Assembly (NCBI GenBank): GCA_050261115.1
Contig: JBLNCY010000010.1
Span: 1 to 64,000, forward strand
Reading direction: 5' to 3'
DNA: 64,000 bases
From: Methanocella sp.
Lineage (GTDB): Archaea > Thermoproteota > Bathyarchaeia > Bathyarchaeales > Bathycorpusculaceae
Positions within the stretch are counted from its first letter, which is position 1. Each line of letters starts with the position of its first letter. Made by a program: the position numbers and the translations under genes. This document shows positions 19,880-30,278 of the stretch, in pieces. The notes beneath the pieces are model-generated. The model did no database searches and was not told the DNA's origin. It was given only the letters and a program-made list of their open reading frames with translations.

Positions 19880-20398
19880 CTATTTTTTGCTTGGGACTTT
19901 GGTTATTATGTGTTGGCAATCCACGTGTAGCGGAACTGTCGGGTAAACGGCTGCTCGTAAACCGTAATTCCTGTACATGTTGTTCTGGATATCCGTTATC
20001 TTGTGTCTTTTTCCGACGATGAGTCGTTGGCAATCGGGGTGTTGGTCATAGTTGTTGTATGGTACATAGCACTCTGTTTCACCCAACGAAAGCAGGTAAT
20101 CACCATATCCTAACGTGAAGATTTTGCTGATTTCGCCCTTTAGCATCCGTAGTTGCCACCCTACATTCTGACGGAGGTTGGGAGGCGGGTTGATTTCTGA
20201 GCAGCAGCGGGTGTGAGCAAATTTGAGGTCTATTCGTCCCGTGAAGTAGTCGTGGAGAATTATTCTAAAGTTCTTCTTGCACCAAATCGTCAATTCACCG
20301 ACATAATCAAATCCTTCGTCATCTAAGCGGTTGATTATGAATGGAATGGTTTCTTGGTTTATCATTGAGCCTATGTCGTTGAAACTGGTTGGCTTCAT
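19880..20398 (-). CDS. Hypothetical protein with Cys/His motif resembling the phage MuF/minor head protein C-terminus
   Basis: ECY..HPDCQ..PTVPLHVDCQH; compare the PPxHxNCRC motif. Confidence 0.55.
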   Translation of the reverse strand: MKPTSFNDIGSMINQETIPFIINRLDDEGFDYVGELTIWCKKNFRIILHDYFTGRIDLKFAHTRCCSEINPPPNLRQNVGWQLRMLKGEISKIFTLGYGDYLLSLGETECYVPYNNYDQHPDCQRLIVGKRHKITDIQNNMYRNYGLRAAVYPTVPLHVDCQHIITKVPSKK

Positions 20399-20467
20399 CT
20401 GTGTTCATGTTTAGTTGTTGGTTGCGTCTTTAAAGTTTAGTTCTGTGGTCTGTCTTGCTCTGTGGAG

Positions 20468-20507
20468 GGATCCTCTCCCTTATATAGAGTCAACTTTGGG
20501 TTCAACT
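20468..20507 (-). repeat. Dispersed ~40-bp element, copy 2 (inverted)
   Basis: Reverse complement AGTTGAACCCAAAGTTGACTCTATATAAGGGAGAGGATCC; 25/29 identical to copy 3. Confidence 0.85.
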
Positions 20508-20716
20508 AAGGCTTGCGAGCATACAGAGCGTTTATGAACTTTGTTGCTCTCTGCCTGTTTGTGTGCTGATGCAAGCGCTGGGTTTTAGTTACGGGAATTG
20601 GTGGGGATGTGTGATTAGTTCTATACTATCACAAATGTAATTCTCCCAGTTTGGTCATTCATTACAAGAAACAAGCCTGTGCAACGGTTTGAAAACTGAG
20701 TAGACTGGTTTTAAGG

Positions 20717-22858
20717 TTGAAAGAATTGAATTCACTAATTGAAGAAGCTGAACATAGGGCATTGAGAACAGAGCAGCAAATGACCGATGACGAGCGATTT
20801 GATCTAATTTATAGCTTGATGATTTTTGTGCTGAATAAAGACTTCACTCAAAAACGCGACGCCCGTGTACCACAAAACATTCCTCAAACCGCTGGCTGGG
20901 TGAAGGGCATACCCAGATTGGGAGTACCCGACCTCATCGAGACAGACGCAGGATTAGGCATCACAAACCCCCTCGGTGGCCGCAAGGGCGATCAAGCTAC
21001 CGCACTGCCCTCCGCACAGGCATTAGCCGCAACATTCAACCCTAAATTGGCTTACGACGCTGGTGCGATACTGGGTCGAGAGGCGCGATGCCGCGGGTTT
21101 AATGTCGTGCTAGGCGGCGGAATGAATTTGGCTAGAGACCCTCGGCATGGCCGCAATTTTGAATATCCGTCTGAAGACCCTTGGCTTAGCGCTGTCATGG
21201 CTGCTGAAACAGTCAAAGGGGTGCAGGCGCAAAATGTTATCTGCACGCTCAAGCATGTGTCGCTAAATTCCCAGGAGATCAACAAGTGGTATCTTGATGC
21301 AAAGATTGACCCTGATGCTCATCGGGAGGCTGAGTTGCTGGCTTTTCAGATTGCAATTGAACGGGGTAATCCGGGTGCTCTTATGGGCGCCTATAACAAG
21401 GTTAACGGCGAATACTCCTGCGGTAACGACACGCTTCTCAATAAGCAGATCAAGGGTGCTATTGGCTTTAGGGGGTTTGTGATGTCAGACTGGCGTGCGG
21501 TTTGGCATTGGAACTTTGCGTTGAAGGGTTTGGATCAGCAATCTGGCGCTCAAGTAGACGAGAAAGAATGGTTTATTGGCCCATTACGGGAAGCTTACGC
21601 CAAAGGTGAGTTTCCCAAGGAGCGCCTCTCAGACATGGTGCGACGAATCCTGTATGCAATTTATCTGGTGGGGGTGGATAAATGGAGCGGACCACAGCAA
21701 CCACCTGACCTTGACGCCCATTTGAATTCCGCCATCGAAGTTGCCCGGCAAGGAACTGTTCTGCTTAAAAACAACGGCATCCTACCGATTAGACCCGATG
21801 TCGAGCGAATTGCTGTCATCGGTGCCTTCTCCCATCTGGGTATGGTAAGCGGTGGGGGTGGTTCCAGCCTAACAGAACCCATTGGCGGATTTGCCCTCAA
21901 CATCCCACTGGGCGGAGTAAATTATCTCTCGCCTCTACGGCGGCTAGCTATCACTGGGCCATCGCCCGTAAGTGAAATAGGTAAGCAATTCCCGAATGCA
22001 AAAATTCTAACTGACCCCGGAGAGTCGCCTGTCGATTCAGCCACGGTTGCAAGTCAAGCTGATGTAGCGGTTGTTTTTGTTTGGAAGGCTGAATCTGAGG
22101 GGCATGACCACGCTGATCTCAGTTTACCTTGGGGGCAGAAGCTGATAATTGATGCCGTCATCAAAGCTAATCCTAATACGGTGGTTGTGTTGCAGACGGG
22201 CAACGCGGTAGATATGCCTTGGAAAGACGATGCAGCCGCCATCATAGAATCTTGGTACTCGGGAAGTGTTGGCGGCCGTGTTATTGCTGAGGTTTTATCA
22301 GGGAAAGTAAATCCCTCCGGTCGATTACCCGTAACGTTCTATGCCAGCGTTGAACAGACTCCGCACCCAAAACTCCCCGGCTTCGGCACACCCATTAACA
22401 CCCCAACAGTGATACATTATCATGAAGGAGCTGAGGTAGGTTATCGCTGGTTAGCATTGAATGGCGAAAAGCCAAACTATGCTTTTGGCCATGGACTAAG
22501 CTACACAACCTTTGACTACAAAGACCTCCAGGTCAGCGGCGAATTCCCTGTTAGGGCAAGTTTCACTGTAACCAATACCGGCAACCGCTTGGGTGCAGAT
22601 GTGCCGCAACTGTACCTTATTGGTGTTGAAGATGAGAAACGGATGCGGCTACTTGGTTTTGAACGCGTTGAATTAAAGCCCGGTGAATCCAAGCGGCTAG
22701 AGATTATTTCTGACCCCCGCTTGATAGCCCGGTTCGACGGCAAAGTTGGGCATTGGCGCATTGTGGGCGGAACTTATCGGTTAGCTGTGGGCAGATCTGC
22801 AACCAATTTGGTTTTGACCGCGGATACAAGCTTAGCGGAAAGGACGTTTGGAAGGTAA
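20717..22858 (+). CDS. GH3 beta-glucosidase, cytoplasmic
   Basis: RDPRHGRNFE, LKH, MSDW nucleophile, VLLKN, NPSGRLP, FGHGLSYTTF and an Fn3-like C-terminus. Confidence 0.95.
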   Translation: MKELNSLIEEAEHRALRTEQQMTDDERFDLIYSLMIFVLNKDFTQKRDARVPQNIPQTAGWVKGIPRLGVPDLIETDAGLGITNPLGGRKGDQATALPSAQALAATFNPKLAYDAGAILGREARCRGFNVVLGGGMNLARDPRHGRNFEYPSEDPWLSAVMAAETVKGVQAQNVICTLKHVSLNSQEINKWYLDAKIDPDAHREAELLAFQIAIERGNPGALMGAYNKVNGEYSCGNDTLLNKQIKGAIGFRGFVMSDWRAVWHWNFALKGLDQQSGAQVDEKEWFIGPLREAYAKGEFPKERLSDMVRRILYAIYLVGVDKWSGPQQPPDLDAHLNSAIEVARQGTVLLKNNGILPIRPDVERIAVIGAFSHLGMVSGGGGSSLTEPIGGFALNIPLGGVNYLSPLRRLAITGPSPVSEIGKQFPNAKILTDPGESPVDSATVASQADVAVVFVWKAESEGHDHADLSLPWGQKLIIDAVIKANPNTVVVLQTGNAVDMPWKDDAAAIIESWYSGSVGGRVIAEVLSGKVNPSGRLPVTFYASVEQTPHPKLPGFGTPINTPTVIHYHEGAEVGYRWLALNGEKPNYAFGHGLSYTTFDYKDLQVSGEFPVRASFTVTNTGNRLGADVPQLYLIGVEDEKRMRLLGFERVELKPGESKRLEIISDPRLIARFDGKVGHWRIVGGTYRLAVGRSATNLVLTADTSLAERTFGR

Positions 22859-22958
22859 CAGCCTGCATTTTTGCTCCCCAAATGGGTGTCTAACAATTTA
22901 GCGCTTATTTGCGAACAAAATAGCCTTCAATCGAGCGTTATTTCTTGAAAATGGAGTT

Positions 22959-23045
22959 TGGCGCGGGATGTGGGGTTTGAACCCACGCGGCCTTTCGACC
23001 ACAGACTTAGCAGGCCTGCCCCATACCAGGCTTGGGGAATCCCGC
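22959..23045 (-). tRNA. tRNA-Ser(GCT), CCA encoded
   Basis: Acceptor GCGGGAT/ATCCCGC; anticodon arm CAGGC-CTGCTAA-GTCTG; long variable arm; T loop TTCAAAC; G73. Confidence 0.95.
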
Positions 23046-23333
23046 ACACGCACCTTTTGCTGCTCTAAGCCTGTTTAGCCAATCTTTGCTTAAGGCTTGC
23101 TTGAACACCTACATGACTGGCTTCTGCACATTCATAAAGACATTCGTTAATTAAAGTTTTCCCAGCTTCAAGATTCAATGGTGAAGACAAATTGTCTTGC
23201 TGTTGTTTGGGCCTTTGAATGGCGTTTAGTTAGGCTGGGGTGGCAATCCGCACAGCAGCAAAAAGATGGTTTGGGTGAGTGACGCTTGAAAATTTAAATA
23301 ACTGTAGCGGGTAGCTAAATTCGAGGAATCTGT

Positions 23334-23711
23334 TTGTCTGAGTTGGTTTGGAAAAAACCGGTCATATGCATCTTTAAAGAGCGCACGGGTGACGGGTGGC
23401 AATCTGACCCCTTTGTAGTTGTAAAAGCTAAGCAAGTCACTCTCACGGAAGCGGAGAACCCCAAGTTTTCTGGGAAAATCGAGGATTTCTTTACCCTCAT
23501 GGGCGATGCCGACTACCTACTCACCCCTGAAGGTAAATCGGACCATTATGTGGTATGCTGGTTTGACGACACAGAGCCAGACATGACCAAAGACCTAAGA
23601 CGGCTCCACGGCGTACACTTCAGCGGCGAAGTAACATACACTGAAGATGAAAAAACCCATAAACGAACCTACAACGCAGCCTTCACAGCAACATACGGAA
23701 AAATAAAATAA
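23334..23711 (+). CDS. Hypothetical protein
   Basis: 125 aa; TATA TTTAAATA and GAGG SD; TTG start. Confidence 0.7.
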   Translation: MSELVWKKPVICIFKERTGDGWQSDPFVVVKAKQVTLTEAENPKFSGKIEDFFTLMGDADYLLTPEGKSDHYVVCWFDDTEPDMTKDLRRLHGVHFSGEVTYTEDEKTHKRTYNAAFTATYGKIK

Positions 23712-23872
23712 CCCTCTTTATCTATGCAGGGGCCTTGGGAAGCACTTAGCAAGCGCTCTAGCCATACATAAAAATACTGTTTTTTTGATGGGTTAATTGA
23801 GAATTTTTACTGATTTTTAAACTTACTCTTAAATATATGTGCCTAAATTTCTATTGGGTAAGGTCGTAGAGA

Positions 23873-24283
23873 ATGGTAGAGCAAAAACTACGCGCTACAT
23901 TAATCACCGGCAGGACTATTGAGCAGGGTGTAGGGAAAGAGATGGGGAAGGGATCCGTCGAATACTACGATAGCTGTGCCGTTTGTTTCTTCGATAAGTC
24001 AGACATGATTAAACTCGGCATAAAGAACGGCTCCACAGTCAAAGTCACCTCAAAATATGGATCAGTAATCGTGAAAGCCCAAAAGTATCCATGGGGCACC
24101 CACCCGGGAATGGTCTTCATACCATGCGGTTCATGGGCTAACGTCATTACTGGCGATGAAACCTTTAGCATGGGCATGCCACTGTTCAAGGGGTTCCCCG
24201 TTGAAATCGAAAGTGCACCCGACGAGCGCGTCTTGACCTTAGACGAACTCTTAATGCAACAGTTCGGAAGGAACAGCCTATGA
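23873..24283 (+). CDS. fwdD: Formylmethanofuran dehydrogenase subunit D
   Basis: LITGRTIEQG, GMVFIPCGSWAN and GMPLFKG; ATGA overlap with fwdB. Confidence 0.92.
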   Translation: MVEQKLRATLITGRTIEQGVGKEMGKGSVEYYDSCAVCFFDKSDMIKLGIKNGSTVKVTSKYGSVIVKAQKYPWGTHPGMVFIPCGSWANVITGDETFSMGMPLFKGFPVEIESAPDERVLTLDELLMQQFGRNSL

Positions 24284-25875
24284 GCAAAGTTATAGAAAAT
24301 GTTGTTTGTCCCATCTGCGGTTGTCTCTGTGACGATTTAGAAGTAACCGTAGAAAACAACGAAATCGTCAAAATGAAAAACGGCTGCGCAGTCTGCGAAG
24401 CAAAACTGGTCCACGGATACAAAAGCGAAGAACGTATCCTAAAACCCATGATACGCAAAGACGGCAAACTCGTCGAAGTCTCCCTAGACGAAGCCGTAAA
24501 GAAAGCAGCCCAAATCCTAACCGACGCCAAATACCCACTACTCTTCGGCTGGAGCAGTACAGTCAACGAAGCTCAAAGAATAGGCGTCGAATTAGCCGAA
24601 GAACTCGGCTCGGCACTCGACAACTGCTGCAGCGTCTGCCATGGCCCCTCAGTCATGGCCACCCAAGAAGTCGGCATCCCCGCCGCAACACTTGGCCAAA
24701 TTCGTCACCGAGCAGACCTAATCGTCTACTGGGCCGCAAACCCCTGGACAAGCCACCCCCGCCACGTAGAACGTTACACCGCATTCACTGACGGCCGCTT
24801 TGAGGGCAGCGAATGGAAGAGCTACATGAACAAGATGAAGGCAACTGCAAGCCGCAAAAAGATGGACATAGCCTCCAAACGCATAGACCGCGAAGAAGCA
24901 CCCATCAATCCACAGGTAGAAACTAACGGTCCCCCACCTCAAACCCTGCAAAAACCGGGCCGCAAAATGATTGTGGTAGACGTAAGAAAAACCATGTCTG
25001 CAGAAGCAGCAGATTACTTCTTACAAATCGAGCCCAACCGCGATTATGACGTTATCGAAGCCCTAAGATGCCTCGTACAGGACCAAGAACTCGACGTAGA
25101 TAAAGTCGGCGGCGTCCCCGTTGATTACCTGCGTGAAGTCGCGGATGCCATGATGAGCTGTGAATTTGGCGTCATCTACTTCGGCTTAGGCATGACTCAA
25201 AGTCTGGGTAGATTCCGAAACATCGAGGTTGCAATCGCACTTGCACGCGACCTCAACCGAAAAACCAAATTCATCATCTCACCTATGAGAGGCCACTTCA
25301 ACGTCACCGGCGCAAACCAGGTGTTCGCGTGGCAAACAGGGTACCCCTATGCAATTGACTTCTCGCAGGGTTATCCACAGTTTAACCCCGGCGAAAACAC
25401 AGCCGTTGACCTGCTAAGACGCGGCGACAATGACGCGACAATGGTAATCTCCGCTGACCCAGGGGCTCACTTCCCAAGCGTAGTCATGCGTAACATGCTA
25501 AAGCATCCGCTGATCACAATCAACCCCGACATGAACGCCATCTCAAGACTCGGCGACGTCGTGTTCCCTACCCAGTGGTGCGGCATAGAATACGAAGGCA
25601 CAGCCTACCGCATGGACGCCGTTCCCATAACGCTCAAAAAAGTGGTTGAAGCTCCGCCCGGCGTTCCAACAGACGAAGAACTCTTAACCATGATACTTGC
25701 CGAAGTAAGAGCAATTAAAGCAAAACGTGGCGAACCAGTAGGACAACCTGAAATCAAAATCGGTCACAAGGAACCCATCGAGCCCCCCAGAGTTTGCCCT
25801 ATGCCAGAGGCTAAGACAAAGCCCAAAGCTAAACCTAAGAGAACATCAAAAAAGAAGAAGGAGGAGGCTGCCTAA
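24280..25875 (+). CDS. fwdB: Formylmethanofuran dehydrogenase subunit B (Mo/W-bisPGD, Cys ligand)
   Basis: CPICGCLCDD, SVCHGPS, HPRH, PMRGHFNVTG and GTAYRMD. Confidence 0.96.
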   Translation: MSKVIENVVCPICGCLCDDLEVTVENNEIVKMKNGCAVCEAKLVHGYKSEERILKPMIRKDGKLVEVSLDEAVKKAAQILTDAKYPLLFGWSSTVNEAQRIGVELAEELGSALDNCCSVCHGPSVMATQEVGIPAATLGQIRHRADLIVYWAANPWTSHPRHVERYTAFTDGRFEGSEWKSYMNKMKATASRKKMDIASKRIDREEAPINPQVETNGPPPQTLQKPGRKMIVVDVRKTMSAEAADYFLQIEPNRDYDVIEALRCLVQDQELDVDKVGGVPVDYLREVADAMMSCEFGVIYFGLGMTQSLGRFRNIEVAIALARDLNRKTKFIISPMRGHFNVTGANQVFAWQTGYPYAIDFSQGYPQFNPGENTAVDLLRRGDNDATMVISADPGAHFPSVVMRNMLKHPLITINPDMNAISRLGDVVFPTQWCGIEYEGTAYRMDAVPITLKKVVEAPPGVPTDEELLTMILAEVRAIKAKRGEPVGQPEIKIGHKEPIEPPRVCPMPEAKTKPKAKPKRTSKKKKEEAA

Positions 25876-27576
25876 ATGACTGAAATACTCATAAAAAACG
25901 GTTTTGTAGTCGACCCCTTAAACAAAGTTGACTGCGAAAAGATGGATATAGCTATCAAAGACGGCAAAATCGTTGAGAAAGTCAACGAGAAAAAAGCGCA
26001 GGTAATTGATGCATCCGGCAAAACCGTCATGGCTGGCGGCGTAGATATACACAGCCACGTTGCCGGCGCAGAAGTTAACATGGGCCGGATGATCCGCCCC
26101 GAAGACCACTACAAAGATCCTGTAAAGAAAACAACCATCACCCGCGCAGGCACCGGTTACTCTATTCCCTCGACTTTTGTGACGGGTTACCGCTACTCAG
26201 AGATGGGTTACACTTCAGTCTTCAACGGCTCAATCGCGCCCCTAAAGGCCAAACACTGCCATGAAGAACTAAACGACATCCCCTTACTGGATAAAGCAAC
26301 GTTTGTCTTGACAGGCGACTGGTGGTTTGTTCTTGAGAACCTCGCCAAAGGCGACATCGATGAATGCGCACGCCTAGTAGCTTGGCTGATGCACTCCTCA
26401 AAGGGGTATGCTATCAAGGTTGTTAACCCCGGCGGCTTAGAATCCTGGGGTTTTGGACGAAACGTCCACAGCATAGACGACCAAGTGCCCAACTTTGGCA
26501 TCACTCCCAGAGAAATCATGCGTGGACTAGTCAAGGTTAACAAGAAACTAAACCTACCGCACACCATACACCTACATACAAACAACCTAGGCGTCCCCGG
26601 CAACTACCAAACAACCCTTGACACAATGGCGGCGTTAGAAGACCTTTCAACCGATGGCAAACCAGTCGCGCACATTACACATGTTCAATTCTGCAGTTTC
26701 AAAGGTGAAAGCTGGGCTAAATTCAAATCCGGCGCAGAAGACATCGCCAAATACATGAACAACCACACTCACATAACACTGGACATGGGGCAAGTCACAT
26801 TCCGCGACACAACCACCATGACCGCCGACGGACCCTTCGAATTCAGTCTCTATGAGTTAGGTGGCCATAACAAGTGGGTCAACAGCGACGTCGAAACTGA
26901 GAGTAGCGGCGGCATCATACCCTTCCACTACAAGAAGAACAGCCCCGTCAGCGCACTCCAATGGTCTATCGGCCTAGAAATTGCGCTGCTAATTAAGGAT
27001 CCATGGAAAATCTTCATGACCACCGACCACCCCAACGGCGGGCCATTCTATGATTACCCCCGTGTTTTGGCTTGGCTATACAGCAAGAAAGCCCGCGAAG
27101 CCACGCTGGCAAAGTGTCACAAGAGCGCACGAAAGAAGAGCCTGCTCCCATCCATCGACCGTGAACTCTCACTCTACGAGATAGCCATCATGACACGTGC
27201 AGGCACAGCCAAAGCTTTAGGCTTACCCAACAAGGGTCACCTCGGCGTAGGCGCACAAGGCGACGTTGCAATCTATAACATTAACCCCGAAACCTTAGAT
27301 ATCGCAAAGAAATTCCGCACTGCGCGCAAAGCATTCGCAAAGGCAGCTTACACCATAAAAGACGGTGAAATCGTTGTTAAAGACGGCCAAGTCGTAAACA
27401 GTCAGGTTCCAGGTAGAACAATCTGGGTTGACAGCCACACTAAGGATCCCTGCAGAATAGACGATGACATGAAGCGTAAATTTAAAGAGTACTGGACCAT
27501 CGAATACGAGAATTACCCCGTTACAGACCACTATGTTAAGGTTTCAGAGCGAATAGAAAGAAAGGCAAGTGTATAG
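25876..27576 (+). CDS. fwdA: Formylmethanofuran dehydrogenase subunit A
   Basis: DIHSHVAG, KVVNPGG, HTNNLGVPGN and TTDHPNGGPF. Confidence 0.97.
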   Translation: MTEILIKNGFVVDPLNKVDCEKMDIAIKDGKIVEKVNEKKAQVIDASGKTVMAGGVDIHSHVAGAEVNMGRMIRPEDHYKDPVKKTTITRAGTGYSIPSTFVTGYRYSEMGYTSVFNGSIAPLKAKHCHEELNDIPLLDKATFVLTGDWWFVLENLAKGDIDECARLVAWLMHSSKGYAIKVVNPGGLESWGFGRNVHSIDDQVPNFGITPREIMRGLVKVNKKLNLPHTIHLHTNNLGVPGNYQTTLDTMAALEDLSTDGKPVAHITHVQFCSFKGESWAKFKSGAEDIAKYMNNHTHITLDMGQVTFRDTTTMTADGPFEFSLYELGGHNKWVNSDVETESSGGIIPFHYKKNSPVSALQWSIGLEIALLIKDPWKIFMTTDHPNGGPFYDYPRVLAWLYSKKAREATLAKCHKSARKKSLLPSIDRELSLYEIAIMTRAGTAKALGLPNKGHLGVGAQGDVAIYNINPETLDIAKKFRTARKAFAKAAYTIKDGEIVVKDGQVVNSQVPGRTIWVDSHTKDPCRIDDDMKRKFKEYWTIEYENYPVTDHYVKVSERIERKASV

Positions 27577-27578
27577 AC

Positions 27579-28388
27579 ATGATAACCCTAACACCCCTCA
27601 AAGTATTTGACGTCCCAATCCAAGCGCCAACCATAACACCCGACGAGTTCGCTGGAAAAACCATCCAAGAAATCGCCAAGTTATCCGTCACCGAAGGCAA
27701 CCGTAAGCTCACCTTAGGTGACCTCTTTAAAATCGAGCAGACACCCGAAGAGGCCCCCAGCATAACCATAAACGGCGACTGCGCCAAAGTCAAACGCGTC
27801 GGACAGGGCATGAAAACAGGCGAAATAGTCATCAACGGCAACATCGGCATGCACACAGGCGAAAAAATGGCAGGCGGCAAAATCACCGTTAACGGCAACG
27901 CCGGCGGATGGACAGGCAGTGAAATGAAGAAAGGAACCATAGAAATCCATGGCGATGCAGGCGATTATCTAGCTTCACCTTATAGAGGTAACGACTTGGG
28001 TATGAAAGGCGGATTAATCACCGTTGACGGAAGTGTTGGCACAGACGTCGGCTGCTATCTTCAGGGCGGCATCATCAAGATCAAAGGAAACGCTGGCAGA
28101 TTCCTTGGGTTCCACATGATGGAAGGCACAATCTACGTCGAGAAAGACTGCGATGTTCGCGCTGGCGCATTGATGCACGGCGGCAAAATCGTTATTGGCG
28201 GCAAAATGGAAGTCCTGCCTTCCTTCACTATCGACAGCATCAAGCCCAAAGTAAAAGTTGACAGCGAAACTAACGTCGCGGGTCCATTCTACGTGTTCCT
28301 AGGCGACCTCTCAGAGAAGGGCACAGGCAAAATCTTTGCTAACAAAGCAGCTAACCCACAATTCAAGTTTTATGAGAAATATCTCTAA
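27579..28388 (+). CDS. fwdC: Formylmethanofuran dehydrogenase subunit C
   Basis: GxxMxGGxI beta-helix repeats; YRG..GMKGG. Confidence 0.96.
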   Translation: MITLTPLKVFDVPIQAPTITPDEFAGKTIQEIAKLSVTEGNRKLTLGDLFKIEQTPEEAPSITINGDCAKVKRVGQGMKTGEIVINGNIGMHTGEKMAGGKITVNGNAGGWTGSEMKKGTIEIHGDAGDYLASPYRGNDLGMKGGLITVDGSVGTDVGCYLQGGIIKIKGNAGRFLGFHMMEGTIYVEKDCDVRAGALMHGGKIVIGGKMEVLPSFTIDSIKPKVKVDSETNVAGPFYVFLGDLSEKGTGKIFANKAANPQFKFYEKYL

Positions 28389-28473
28389 GGGCCTCTTTTT
28401 AGCCCTGACTTTGTTTTTATTTAGCCGAATTACTTATCAAGCGCGCAGGGCTTAAACTGAAAGATGAACGTTT

Positions 28474-29259
28474 ATGCGTCAGGTTAAGATGACCCGGCTT
28501 GACTTAGCTACAGGCAAAACAGAAGAAACCCTCGATTACATCGCTGAAGAGGTACCGCTGCAGGTCATCGTTAACGGGGCGTACTCTTTTGTTATTTGGT
28601 CTTCGCCAAGTCAATTTAAAGAGTTGGCCGTGGGCCACTTATACGCCGAAGACATCCTCCATGGCGTGGACGAAATCCAAGCCATAACCGACGACCCGAC
28701 AAAAAACCTCTGTCAAGTTACCCTAAAACCAACCGTTGATCTTGACCTGCGCCTCAAGAACCAGCGACGCGGCACCCGAATCATCCCGCTCATAAAAGCC
28801 AGCACCTCAGCCTACCAGCACGACGATAAACTCTCAACAGTACAATCAAAACTCACCATCAAAGCCCAAACCATCCTTGGCGCCATCGACCAGATGAACA
28901 ATAAAGCAAAAGGCTTCAAAGAAACCGGCGGTCTCCATGACAGTGGCATTTTCAAACCAGACGGCACCATGGTTGCGTTTTCAGAAGACGTCGGACGCCA
29001 CAACACGGTTGACAAAGTCATCGGCGAAGCCCTGATAGGGCACCAAAATTTCGGCGAATGCTTCATGATAATTACGGGTCGTGTTCCCGGCGATATGATT
29101 TACAAAGCAGCAAAAGCTGGGTTACCAATTGTAGCCTCAGTTGCGGCCGTGCTCAATTCAGGTATAACATCCGCAGCGAGGGCAAACATTACGCTGGTTG
29201 GGTTTGTGCGTGGAAAACGCATGAACATCTACACCTGCCCCGAGCGCATCCAACTCTAG
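28474..29259 (+). CDS. fdhD: Formate dehydrogenase accessory sulfurtransferase FdhD
   Basis: AEEVPL, ETGGLH, EDVGRHNTVDK and LVGFVRG. Confidence 0.92.
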   Translation: MRQVKMTRLDLATGKTEETLDYIAEEVPLQVIVNGAYSFVIWSSPSQFKELAVGHLYAEDILHGVDEIQAITDDPTKNLCQVTLKPTVDLDLRLKNQRRGTRIIPLIKASTSAYQHDDKLSTVQSKLTIKAQTILGAIDQMNNKAKGFKETGGLHDSGIFKPDGTMVAFSEDVGRHNTVDKVIGEALIGHQNFGECFMIITGRVPGDMIYKAAKAGLPIVASVAAVLNSGITSAARANITLVGFVRGKRMNIYTCPERIQL

Positions 29260-30278
29260 CTGAGACTTCTGGCTTCGCAGAACTGTTTATCTGTTAATGC
29301 GCGTTCGGCAAGAGTGGTGCAGTTTTCGGTTTGATAGAGTAAGGCTTCCTTCTGGTAATCCTCGGCTGCGGCTCTGTATGTTAGTTTTGCTATAGAATTT
29401 TTTTGGCGTTTAAGCTGTGTTTCGGCAAGTTTTTCTTTGGCCACGGCAGCCCAAAAATAGTGCCCGCTTGCTTCAAACTGGCAGGCGCAGTCCCCAAAGG
29501 CATTCAACGCCTCTCCCTCTTGGCTATCCTTAAGCATGGTTTGTGCCTGCCTTAACCGTCTTAGCTGCTCTAAAGTTGCGTTTCCTCTGTTGAAGTATAC
29601 GTCTTGAGTTATGGGGCCTTGTATTGGGCGGGTTCTTGGCTGGGCGAGGTCTTGTTGGGAATTAATGTTAATGAAACTTTTAAGTGCGGGGTCGAGGTGA
29701 TGGATTTCTTGTAATGGCGAAACTAAGCGTAAGTTGCTTGCGCCTCGTGCGATGCCGTCTGCGTTAGCGCGACCAAGTGCAGCAAGGTTTTCTGTGATTT
29801 CTAAGCAGGATACACGGTGTAATGACATCAAGAGCGTTTCGAGTGTGCCATCTGGCCATATCGGAACCGCCATGTCAAAACCTTTGCAGGCATCCAAAAG
29901 GAATCTGGCGACTTGGGGGTTTAGAAAAGGCATATCCACGGGTACAACCAAAACAAACTCTGCATCAACCGCCCGCAACCCTGATGTTACTGCGAGAAGC
30001 GGCCCTTTGATGGGGCTGTGAGTTTGGTCAAGCACAAACTCGACCTCTTCAACCGAGTACTGGTCTAAAACTTGCTTGTATCGGGTTTGGCGTTGGGGGG
30101 TGTCAACGCACACAGCCACGGCGTCCAGAGTGCCCTTAAGATTTTCAACGATGTTTACCAGAAATGGTTTATCCTCGGTTTTGGCGAGGGCTTTGTCTTG
30201 CCTGGGTTGATTGGGGGTCTGAAACCGTTTAGCTTCTCCACCTGCAAGAACAAGCGCCGCCCAATTCATAATAATCAA
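29256..30278 (-). CDS. mobA: Molybdenum cofactor guanylyltransferase with C-terminal helical extension
   Basis: LAGG..KRF..DKAL, GPL, PVDMPF and FININS. Confidence 0.88.
   Translation of the reverse strand: MIIMNWAALVLAGGEAKRFQTPNQPRQDKALAKTEDKPFLVNIVENLKGTLDAVAVCVDTPQRQTRYKQVLDQYSVEEVEFVLDQTHSPIKGPLLAVTSGLRAVDAEFVLVVPVDMPFLNPQVARFLLDACKGFDMAVPIWPDGTLETLLMSLHRVSCLEITENLAALGRANADGIARGASNLRLVSPLQEIHHLDPALKSFININSQQDLAQPRTRPIQGPITQDVYFNRGNATLEQLRRLRQAQTMLKDSQEGEALNAFGDCACQFEASGHYFWAAVAKEKLAETQLKRQKNSIAKLTYRAAAEDYQKEALLYQTENCTTLAERALTDKQFCEARSLS

Noticed and set aside
20598-20612. TTGGTGGGGATGTG resembling the tRNA-Ser 3' end (possible att duplicate)
   Set aside because: Only an 8-nt exact core plus a gap; could be chance.
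22959-23045. Long-arm tRNA as possible tRNA-Sec or tRNA-Pyl
   Set aside because: Anticodon GCT and a 7-bp acceptor stem indicate ordinary tRNA-Ser.
24280-25875. Possible selenocysteine in FwdB
   Set aside because: The ligand codon is TGC (VCHG) and there is no in-frame TGA.
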